Shown here: piece after piece, positions 1-7,525 of the stretch
How the letters are laid out: every line of letters begins with the position of its first letter
Numbering within the stretch: position 1 is the first letter of the stretch
NCBI GenBank assembly: GCA_048940445.1
Contig: JBHLON010000072.1
Span: 1-10,056 of the forward strand
Length of the DNA: 10,056 nucleotides
Direction: 5' to 3'
From: Promethearchaeota archaeon
Lineage (GTDB): Archaea; Asgardarchaeota; Lokiarchaeia; Sigyniarchaeales; SOKP01
The notes under the pieces: generated by a model
Told to the model about the DNA's origin: nothing
The model's database searches: none
What the model saw: the letters and a program-made list of their open reading frames with translations, nothing else
Position numbers and translations under genes: made by a program

Positions 1-2922
1 TTAATTGAGTCAAGTACTAGTATTGGGGGAGTAATGGCACAACTTGATAAGACATTCCCCACAAATGACTGTGCTATGTGCATTGTAAGCCCTAAACTAG
101 TAGAAACAGGAAGACATCAGAATATAGACTTAAGTATTAAATGTAAAATTGAAGATGTTAGTGGAGAAGCTGGAAATTTTAAAGTTAAAGTATTAAAAAA
201 GTCATTATTTATTAATCCTGACAAATGTACTGGATGTGGTGTTTGTGGACGTGAATGTCCTGTCGAAGCTATTGATGTATTTAATGAGGGTTTATCCATG
301 TATGGTGCTACATCAGTTAAATATCCACAAGCAGTTCCTCTTGTTTACGCTATAAATAGGGATTATTGTATTGGATGTGGGATTTGCCAAGGAGTGTGTA
401 AAGCTAAGGCAGTGGAATATGATAGAGAAGATGAAAAAGTTGAATTAAATGTGGGAGCCATAATTTTAGCTCCAGGTTTTGAAGAATATATTCCATCAGA
501 AGCAAATCTTTATGGGTATGGAAAATATAAAAACGTAGTTACTAGTATAGAGTTTGAAAGGATACTAAGTGCCAGCGGTCCTTATGCTGGTAGAGTTTTA
601 AGGCCTTCCGATGGAGATATACCTGAAAAAGTTGCATTTCTTCAATGTATTGGATCTCGTGATTATAGCGGAAATGGACAACCATATTGTTCTTCAGTTT
701 GTTGCATGTACACAGCTAAAGAAGCAGTTATTGCCCATGAACATATGCATCAAATAAAACCAACGATCTTTAGTATGGATGTGAGAGCATACGGAAAGGA
801 TTTTGATAAATACATCGAACGCGCACAGGAAGAATATGGAGTTCAATATATAAGAAGTCGTATTTCATCGATTAAAGAAGTACCAGAGACAAAAGATCTA
901 AGGATAAGATATGAGACCGAAGATGGAAAAGTATTGGAAGAAGACTTTCAGATGGTAGTCCTGGCTGTTGGATTAAATCCGCCTAATGATGCACAATATC
1001 TTTCTGAAAAGTTTGGTATAGAATTAAATGAATTTGGTTTTGCCAAAGCAGACAAATTTAACTCTGTTCAGTCATCAAAGCCAGGAATATTTATTTGTGG
1101 CGCATTTTCTTCTCCAAAAGATATTCCTGATACGGTCACTCAAGCTAGTGCCGCTGCTGGATGTGTGAATCAACTTTTATATGAACAACGAGGAACCTTA
1201 ATAACTGAAAAAACATTACCTCCTGAAATATACGTCAATGGTCAGCCTCCTAGAGTTGGTGTTTTTATCTGTCATTGCGGGATCAATATTGGAGGGTTTG
1301 TGGATGTACCAGAAGTCACAAAGTATGCAAGTAATCTTCCAAATGTGGTTTTAGCAGATCGTAATCTCTATACATGCTCAGCAGATACTCAAACAATAAT
1401 AAAAGATAAAATAGCAGAATACCATCTTAACCGAGTTATAGTTGCATCGTGTACCCCAAGAACCCATGAACCATTATTTCAAGAAACAATTAGAGAAGCT
1501 GGATTAAATAGGTATTTATTTCAAATGGCAAATATAAGAGATCAGTGTTCTTGGGTTCATATGAACGAACCAGAAAAAGCCACGCAGAAAGCAAAAGATT
1601 TGGTGAGAATGGCAGTAAATAAAGCTAGGAGGATAGAACCCATTGACAGAATTAAGTTACCTGTCACTTCAAAAGCACTGGTTATTGGAGGGGGAATTAG
1701 CGGAATGACTGCCGCCCTTAATTTTGCTAGCCAAGAATTTGAAACATATTTAGTTGAAAAACAAGAAGAATTAGGAGGATTTGCAAAACATATATACCAC
1801 ACACTTGAAAAAGCTAATGTTCAAGAATTTTTATCTAATTTGATCTCTAAGGTTAAATCAAATAAATTCATTCATACTTATACTGATGCTGAAATCGAAA
1901 ATATTGATGGATACATCGGTAATTTCAAAACTTCGATTTTATATGGAAAAAATAAAGAAACTACAGAATTTGAACATGGTGTTGTTGTTGTTGCCACAGG
2001 AGCAAAAGAATACCAACCGAATGAATTTCTCTATGGCCAAAATGATAAAGTAATCCTCCAATCTGAATTAGAAAAATTATTAAATACCACAAATAAAATA
2101 AAGAACACAAAATCCATAGTAATGATACAATGTGTAGGATCAAGAAATAAGGAACATCCTTATTGTAGTAAGATGTGTTGTGCTGAGGCTGTTAAAAATG
2201 CCTTATTAGTAAAAGAGAAATATCCAAATGTAGAAGTAACAATTCTATTTCGTGATATTCGGACTTATGGATTTAAAGAGAAGTATTATCGAATGGCACG
2301 TGAACAAGGAGTTATTTTTCTTCAATATGATGAGAATAACCCTCCTAAAGTGAGTTCAGAAAATTCTGAGTTAAAAGTGGAAGTTAATACACCCCGAGGG
2401 GAAAAAGTGAATATTGTATCTGATTTATTGGTTTTAAGTGCAGGAATATATGCAGACCGAGATGAAAATGAAGACTTAGCAAAGATGTTAAAAGTTCCTC
2501 TCAATGACGATAATTTCTTTTTAGAGGCTCATGTAAAATTGCGTCCAGTAGATTTTGCAACAGAGGGAGTATTTGTTGCGGGTTTAGCACACTGTCCAAA
2601 AACCATTGAGGACTCTATTGCTCAAGCTAATGCAGCAGTTTCTAGGGCTTGTACAATATTATCTAAAGATGAGATAGAGGCGGAGGGAAAAACAGCAACG
2701 ATTATTGCGGAACGCTGCACAGGGTGTGGAATGTGTGTAGAGAACTGTGCTTATAATGCAATCGAGTTAATTGATGACAGGAGATTCGGAAGAATTGCTA
2801 AGGTTAATCAAGCGCTATGTAAAGGATGCGGTGCTTGCTCTGGTAATTGCAGATGTGCTGCGATAGATGTGTTAGGGTTTTCGGGTGAACAAATATATGC
2901 TATGATAACTGGGAGGTGTTAA
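1..2922 (+). CDS. hdrA: Tandem (two-module) heterodisulfide reductase subunit A-like FAD/Fe-S flavoprotein, 5'-truncated by the window edge
   Basis: Frame 1 is open from base 1 (LIESSTSIGGVMAQLDKTFPTNDCAMCI). This is an internal HdrA motif, so ATG 34 is not the true start. Motifs: ferredoxin CxxCxxCxxxC at 226-258 and 367-399; QCIGSRD...YCSSVCCMY; internal RVGVFICHCG...CS...SCTPRTHEPLF...NIRDQCSWVH; second Rossmann motif VIGGGISG (1681-1704); QCVGSR...YCSKMCC; FFLEAHVKLRPVDF; two C-terminal ferredoxin motifs (2716-2856). Confidence 0.96.
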   Translation, partial: LIESSTSIGGVMAQLDKTFPTNDCAMCIVSPKLVETGRHQNIDLSIKCKIEDVSGEAGNFKVKVLKKSLFINPDKCTGCGVCGRECPVEAIDVFNEGLSMYGATSVKYPQAVPLVYAINRDYCIGCGICQGVCKAKAVEYDREDEKVELNVGAIILAPGFEEYIPSEANLYGYGKYKNVVTSIEFERILSASGPYAGRVLRPSDGDIPEKVAFLQCIGSRDYSGNGQPYCSSVCCMYTAKEAVIAHEHMHQIKPTIFSMDVRAYGKDFDKYIERAQEEYGVQYIRSRISSIKEVPETKDLRIRYETEDGKVLEEDFQMVVLAVGLNPPNDAQYLSEKFGIELNEFGFAKADKFNSVQSSKPGIFICGAFSSPKDIPDTVTQASAAAGCVNQLLYEQRGTLITEKTLPPEIYVNGQPPRVGVFICHCGINIGGFVDVPEVTKYASNLPNVVLADRNLYTCSADTQTIIKDKIAEYHLNRVIVASCTPRTHEPLFQETIREAGLNRYLFQMANIRDQCSWVHMNEPEKATQKAKDLVRMAVNKARRIEPIDRIKLPVTSKALVIGGGISGMTAALNFASQEFETYLVEKQEELGGFAKHIYHTLEKANVQEFLSNLISKVKSNKFIHTYTDAEIENIDGYIGNFKTSILYGKNKETTEFEHGVVVVATGAKEYQPNEFLYGQNDKVILQSELEKLLNTTNKIKNTKSIVMIQCVGSRNKEHPYCSKMCCAEAVKNALLVKEKYPNVEVTILFRDIRTYGFKEKYYRMAREQGVIFLQYDENNPPKVSSENSELKVEVNTPRGEKVNIVSDLLVLSAGIYADRDENEDLAKMLKVPLNDDNFFLEAHVKLRPVDFATEGVFVAGLAHCPKTIEDSIAQANAAVSRACTILSKDEIEAEGKTATIIAERCTGCGMCVENCAYNAIELIDDRRFGRIAKVNQALCKGCGACSGNCRCAAIDVLGFSGEQIYAMITGRC
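2912..2918 (+). promoter_or_regulatory. Shine-Dalgarno site for mvhD, embedded in the hdrA 3' end
   Basis: GGAGGTG 7 nt before GTG 2926, complementary to the conserved 16S rRNA 3' end. Confidence 0.8.
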
Positions 2923-2925
2923 AAA

Positions 2926-3381
2926 GTGACAATACAGACAAAACAAGAAGAAAGTACAACTGAAGAATGGGAGCCAAAAATTATAGCATTTTTATGTAAT
3001 TGGTGTTCCTATGCGGGAGCAGATTTAGCAGGAGTTAGTAGGATCCAATATCCACCTTCAATTAGAGTCGTAAGGGTTCCATGTTCTGGCAGAGTAAACC
3101 CTTACTTTATTATAAAGAGCCTAGTAGATGGATGGGACGGAGTACTTGTCTCAGGATGCCATCCTGGAGATTGTCATTATCTTACTGGAAATTTAGTTGC
3201 TAGAAGAAGATTCGCTATCTTAGAAGAATTATTAGAGTTTTTTGGAATAGAGCCCGGAAGAGTAAATTTTATGTGGGCCTCTGCTGCTGAAGGCGAAAGA
3301 TTTGCTAATCTAGTTAAAAAAGCTACAAAAATAGTTAAAAAGTTAGGGCCAAATAAAAAATTCAGTAAAAACTGGTGTTAA
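2926..3381 (+). CDS. mvhD: MvhD/FlxD family [2Fe-2S] protein (hydrogenase iron-sulfur subunit delta-like HdrA adaptor)
   Basis: Hallmark motifs FLCNWCSYAGADLAG, RVPCSGRV, GCHPGDCHY, WASAAEGERF. GTG start 3 nt after the hdrA stop, with SD GGAGGTG at 2912-2918. Confidence 0.96.
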   Translation: MTIQTKQEESTTEEWEPKIIAFLCNWCSYAGADLAGVSRIQYPPSIRVVRVPCSGRVNPYFIIKSLVDGWDGVLVSGCHPGDCHYLTGNLVARRRFAILEELLEFFGIEPGRVNFMWASAAEGERFANLVKKATKIVKKLGPNKKFSKNWC

Positions 3382-3383
3382 TA

Positions 3384-4403
3384 ATGGCGATTGACAAAGA
3401 AAATATTGAAATTGAAAACATGATAAGAGAAACAGCAAGATCACTTCTAAAGGATAAAGAAGTTGATGTAATCATTGGGTATACGAATGGAACGGTTCCA
3501 TTAAGTTCGAGTCCAATCATAATAACTAAGGAAGAAGATGTAGATAAATTAATTTGGAATAATCTTTGTTATATAAATCTAGCCCGATATCTAGTACCAA
3601 AAATCCCTCAACTTACTGATCCAGAAAAGGGAAATTTAAAAGTAGGAATCGTATCGAAGGGTTGTGTCGGGAGAGCACTAATTCACTTATCAGTTGAAAA
3701 ACAAATAAATATGGAAAATATAAAGATAATTGGAATTCCCTGCAATGGTATCATTAATCGAAAGAAAATTGAAAAAGAAGTTGGAGAAAAAGAAATTTTG
3801 GAAGTTATTACCTCTGGAAATGATATAATCGTGAAAGGAAATGATTTTGAACAAAAATTTCCATATGAAGAATATATTAATGAGTTATGTAAAGTATGTA
3901 ATGTTAAATCTCCTCCAACTTCAGCAGAAATAGCAAATATATGTAGTGGTAAATGTCAAGAAATAAGTTCCGTCGATGACAATTTTGAGGATTTAGAGGA
4001 ATATGAATCGAAAACACCGGATGAAAAATGGGATTTTATAAAAGAATCGTTAGAAATTTGCACTAGATGTTATGCTTGTCGAGAAGCGTGCCCTATGTGT
4101 TATTGCAATTTATGTTTTGTAGATCAAAATAAACCAATTTGGTTTGGAAAAACTACAGAATTATCAGATGTAGTTGTATTTCATCTTGTTCGCGCCATGC
4201 ATTTAGCAGGGCGATGTGTAGCTTGTGGGGCATGTACTAGTGTTTGTCCTGTAGGGATTGATTTGAATTTTATTACGAGAAAATTAGAAAAAATAGTTAA
4301 AGAAAGATTTAATTTTACATCTGGGATTGATTCGAAAAGAATGCCTCCTATGATGGATTTTGATATGAAAGATGCTGAAGAATTTATGTTAGAAGAAGAT
4401 TAA
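3384..4403 (+). CDS. flxC: FlxC-like 4Fe-4S dicluster protein (FdhB-related)
   Basis: CTRCYACREACPMCYCNLC and HLAGRCVACGACTSVCP motifs, typical of the FdhB/FlxC C-terminus; lies between mvhD and an AsrA-like gene. Start moved from GTG 3375 to ATG 3384 because GGTG (3374-3377) reads as an SD 6 nt upstream and the ATG follows the mvhD stop. Confidence 0.85.
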   Translation: MAIDKENIEIENMIRETARSLLKDKEVDVIIGYTNGTVPLSSSPIIITKEEDVDKLIWNNLCYINLARYLVPKIPQLTDPEKGNLKVGIVSKGCVGRALIHLSVEKQINMENIKIIGIPCNGIINRKKIEKEVGEKEILEVITSGNDIIVKGNDFEQKFPYEEYINELCKVCNVKSPPTSAEIANICSGKCQEISSVDDNFEDLEEYESKTPDEKWDFIKESLEICTRCYACREACPMCYCNLCFVDQNKPIWFGKTTELSDVVVFHLVRAMHLAGRCVACGACTSVCPVGIDLNFITRKLEKIVKERFNFTSGIDSKRMPPMMDFDMKDAEEFMLEED

Positions 4404-4407
4404 AAAG

Positions 4408-5475
4408 GTGATAAAAATAGAGCAAAAAATTTTATTGAAAAGTGAAATAGGAAAGTTATATATTGAGCTTGCTGAAGAATTCAATTTTTTTGCCCCGGTT
4501 AAAGAAAAGGGGAATCTAGTCTTTAAAAAAATATTGAACCCTGACGAGATTGTTCTTGATTATTTTAATTCCAAAGTCCCTCCAAAAGAGATTTTATTCC
4601 CAAAAATGGAGGTGCTCTTTGAATATAAAACTGATGGTAAAGATGTTACTGAAATTATAGAAAGAACCGATTTAGATGAGAAAAATATAATATTTGGCAT
4701 ACGACCCTGTGATGCACATAGTTTTGTGCTCTTAGAAGATTTTTTTGCCTTTGGGGAATTTCAAGATGAAATCTTCCTTAAAAAAAGAAAAAATTCTATC
4801 ATTATTGGAATTGGATGTAATAATCCAAGAAGCACATGTTTTTGTACGTCAATAGAAGGACATCCCTTCATGAAAGAAGATATGGATATCTTTTTAGTAG
4901 ATTTGGGCGAGAAATATTTAGTTGAAGGGATCAGTGAAAGGGGGAAAGAATTACTCAATAGATTTGAATGGCTTACAAATGCTAAAAAGCAGGATATTAA
5001 AAAAGCAGAAGAATTATCCAAGCAGGCAGAAGAATCATTTGTTACTCATTTAGATTTAAAGGATATAGATAAGATATTAGATCCTAATTTTGAACATCCA
5101 ATTTGGCAGGAAATCAGTGAAGTTTGTATAGGATGTGGAACTTGCTCGTTCCTATGTCCTACATGTACTTGCTTTGATGTAATTGATGAAAATGATCAAT
5201 ATAATAATAAAGGGAGGAGGATTAGGATTTGGGATACATGTCAATCTTGTTTATATACTTTGCATACAAGTGGTCATAATCCACGAGATAGTGGGATTGA
5301 GCGCTGCAGAAATAGAATTTTACACAAGTTCTGTTATTATCCTGAAAATTATGACATTCTAGGATGTGTTGGATGTGGGAGATGCATTCAATTATGTCCA
5401 GTAAATAATGATCTTAGAGAAATTATTGGGAAAATTAAAAAAATAAAAATAGAGGAGGAAAAAGTAAGTGCATAA
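4408..5475 (+). CDS. flxB: FlxB-like (AsrA / sulfhydrogenase beta family) 4Fe-4S protein
   Basis: GIRPCD, GCNNPRSTCFCTS, CIGCGTCSFLCPTCTCFD, RIWDTC and GCVGCGRCIQLCP motifs; synteny. Start is uncertain (GTG 4408 or ATA 4417). Confidence 0.88.
   Translation: MIKIEQKILLKSEIGKLYIELAEEFNFFAPVKEKGNLVFKKILNPDEIVLDYFNSKVPPKEILFPKMEVLFEYKTDGKDVTEIIERTDLDEKNIIFGIRPCDAHSFVLLEDFFAFGEFQDEIFLKKRKNSIIIGIGCNNPRSTCFCTSIEGHPFMKEDMDIFLVDLGEKYLVEGISERGKELLNRFEWLTNAKKQDIKKAEELSKQAEESFVTHLDLKDIDKILDPNFEHPIWQEISEVCIGCGTCSFLCPTCTCFDVIDENDQYNNKGRRIRIWDTCQSCLYTLHTSGHNPRDSGIERCRNRILHKFCYYPENYDILGCVGCGRCIQLCPVNNDLREIIGKIKKIKIEEEKVSA
5452..5458 (+). promoter_or_regulatory. Shine-Dalgarno site for flxA, embedded in the flxB 3' end
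   Basis: GAGGAGG 9 nt before GTG 5468; the GGAGG-to-start distance equals that at the mvhD site. Confidence 0.75.
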
Positions 5476-6307
5476 TCCATATATTCCATTATTAACAACT
5501 GTAAAAAGTATTATAGCTGAAAATAAAATAAATGATATTAAAACATTAGAATTAGAATTTAAAAACGAAAAAGATTATAAAGATTTTAACTATATTCCAG
5601 GACAATTTGCCGAAATAAGCATAATCGGGAAAGGAGAGTGTCCAATTGGGATTGCATCATCACCAACAGAAGAAGGCTCGATTAAATTCACCATTAAGAA
5701 AATGGGGACCGTAACCACTGCGCTACATAATTGCGATATTGGTGATACGGTAGGAGTTAGAGGACCTTGTGGTAATGGCTGGCCAATTGAAGAAATGAAA
5801 GGAAAAAATATTGTTATTATCGGAGGAGGATTTGCATTTTCAACCTTACGTTCACTTATAATCTATATGTTAGATGAAAAATATAGAAAAGACTATAAAA
5901 GTATTACCGTAATTTATGGAAATCGTGATTCGGGAGAAGTACTTTATCAAGAAGATCTAGAGGCATGGAAGAAAAGAGACGACATAAAAGTTATATTAAC
6001 AATCGATCGTGAAGAAGAAGGATGGAAAGATAAAGTCGGATTTGTAGCTCCTGTTGTTAAAGAAGTTGCCCCTTCTTCTGATAATGCAGTAGCTGTTGTA
6101 TGTGGTCCTCCTATTATGATTAAAACGACCATCGCAGTACTTGAAGAATTGAAATTTGAAGATGCTCAAATTTTAAATTCATTAGAAATGAGAATGAAAT
6201 GTGGAATCGGTAAATGTGGGAGATGTAATATTGGTAATAAATTTGTATGCGTGGATGGTCCAGTGTTTTCATTGGCAGAGTTAAAGAAAATGCCAAATGA
6301 ATATTAA
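5468..6307 (+). CDS. flxA: FlxA-like FAD/NAD(P)-binding [2Fe-2S] oxidoreductase (AsrB/PyrK/HydG family)
   Basis: PGQF, GIASSP, RGPCGNGW, GGGFAFSTLRS, VCGPPIM and EMRMKCGIGKCGRCNIG...VCVDGPVF motifs. GTG start overlaps flxB by 8 nt; SD GAGGAGG at 5452-5458. Confidence 0.92.
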   Translation: MHNPYIPLLTTVKSIIAENKINDIKTLELEFKNEKDYKDFNYIPGQFAEISIIGKGECPIGIASSPTEEGSIKFTIKKMGTVTTALHNCDIGDTVGVRGPCGNGWPIEEMKGKNIVIIGGGFAFSTLRSLIIYMLDEKYRKDYKSITVIYGNRDSGEVLYQEDLEAWKKRDDIKVILTIDREEEGWKDKVGFVAPVVKEVAPSSDNAVAVVCGPPIMIKTTIAVLEELKFEDAQILNSLEMRMKCGIGKCGRCNIGNKFVCVDGPVFSLAELKKMPNEY

Positions 6308-6338
6308 TTTAAAATTAAAATAAATAAAAGGGAAAAAA

Positions 6339-7454
6339 ATGGTTGAAGAAGTTATTCCTAAATCTTTTGAAGATTTAATAAAGGATGTTCATGAACCCGG
6401 AATTTGTGGAGAATGTGGGGGTTGTGTTAGTTTTTGTTCTGCTCATGATATTAAGGCAATTGAAATGCCCGAAAGTGGCCCTCCAAGATATTACAATAAA
6501 GATAATTGTTTAAAATGTGGAATTTGTTATTTAGTATGTCCTCAAACTCATGTATTAGATGAAGAACTAAATAAGAAATATAATTATAAAACATCAATTG
6601 GAAACTGGGTCAAAATAACTTCAGCTCAGGCTAATTCAAAAGAAGTTCGTGATAAAGCTACAGATGGAGGGGTAGTAACAGCAGTATTAATGTATTTACT
6701 CGAAAAAAACCTAATAAATGGAGCTATCGTGTCAAAAAAAGAAGGTCCATTTAATCGATTTCCATTCTTTGCTACTACAAAGGAAGATTTAATAGAGGCT
6801 GCTGGTTCCCAATATGATATTTCTCAGGGGGTCGTAACTTTAGAGAAATACAACTCATTTGTTCCTACAATAACAGAATTAAAATCTGTCGTTGCTTCGG
6901 ATGCAATGAATATTGCAGTTGTAGGAACCCCATGTCAAATAATGTCTATCAGGAAGATGCAAGAATTGAGCATTCTTCCAGCTCATATTATAAAATTTAC
7001 CTTAGGGTTATTTTGCAATTTGAATTTTTCATTTGATGCCAAGACTCGTAAAAAATTAGAAGAAAAATTCAATTTCTCATTTGATGACGTTGAGAATTTA
7101 AACATAAAAGAAAATTTAATCATTGAGCTCAAAAATAATCAAATTAAATACATTGATTTTAAAGATCTTCATGAATTTGCAAGAGCAGCTTGTTTTGCTT
7201 GTCGTGATTTTTCCAATGTTTACGCGGATATTTCTTTTGGGGGCTTAGGATCTAGAGATGGTTATACAACTTCAATAATTAGAACAAAGATTGGCGAAAA
7301 ATTATATAATAATGCTTTAAAGGAAGGATATATAAAAGAAACCCCTGAATTTAATACATCAGTTAAGAAATCAGAGATGTTAGCTAAAGTGATAAGTTTT
7401 GGTAAAAGAAAATATGAAAGATACCTTAAAGCTTTTAAACAGCGTTCTCAATGA
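6339..7454 (+). CDS. frhB: Coenzyme F420 hydrogenase/dehydrogenase beta subunit family protein (FrhB/FpoF-like) with N-terminal 2x[4Fe-4S] domain
   Basis: N-terminal CGECGGCVSFC and CLKCGICYLVCP; FAD-binding DGGVVT, AAGSQY, VVGTPCQ, LGLFC, ACFACRDF...ADISFGGLGS. The symbol is family-level only, as no frhA/G is adjacent. Confidence 0.92.
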   Translation: MVEEVIPKSFEDLIKDVHEPGICGECGGCVSFCSAHDIKAIEMPESGPPRYYNKDNCLKCGICYLVCPQTHVLDEELNKKYNYKTSIGNWVKITSAQANSKEVRDKATDGGVVTAVLMYLLEKNLINGAIVSKKEGPFNRFPFFATTKEDLIEAAGSQYDISQGVVTLEKYNSFVPTITELKSVVASDAMNIAVVGTPCQIMSIRKMQELSILPAHIIKFTLGLFCNLNFSFDAKTRKKLEEKFNFSFDDVENLNIKENLIIELKNNQIKYIDFKDLHEFARAACFACRDFSNVYADISFGGLGSRDGYTTSIIRTKIGEKLYNNALKEGYIKETPEFNTSVKKSEMLAKVISFGKRKYERYLKAFKQRSQ

Positions 7455-7471
7455 AATTTGTAGATTATAAT

Positions 7472-7484
7472 AACTTTTTTCTCT
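7472..7484 (+). terminator. Putative archaeal oligo(T) terminator of the hdrA-flx-frhB operon
   Basis: T6 run (7475-7480) followed by CTCT, 20 nt after the frhB stop. Confidence 0.5.
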
Positions 7485-7510
7485 AGAATTTATTAGAAAC
7501 GATAAAAAAT

Positions 7511-7525
7511 CCAAAAATTTATATC
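7511..7525 (+). promoter_or_regulatory. Candidate BRE/TATA promoter for the Lrp gene
   Basis: CCAAAAA followed by TTTATAT (7518-7524). Alternative TATA-like runs at 7559-7575 would give a leaderless transcript. The AT-rich background limits certainty. Confidence 0.4.

Noticed and set aside
1978-1992. GTT trinucleotide repeat
   Set aside because: It simply encodes the VVVV beta-strand of the Rossmann fold (GVVVVATG).
4408-6307. Annotation as anaerobic sulfite reductase AsrAB or sulfhydrogenase beta/gamma
   Set aside because: Same protein families, but no AsrC siroheme subunit or NiFe hydrogenase subunits are present. The hdrA-mvhD context fits FlxB/FlxA.
1-7454. Evidence for methanogenesis
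   Set aside because: HdrA, MvhD and FrhB-family genes are widespread in non-methanogens, and no mcr/mtr genes are in the window.
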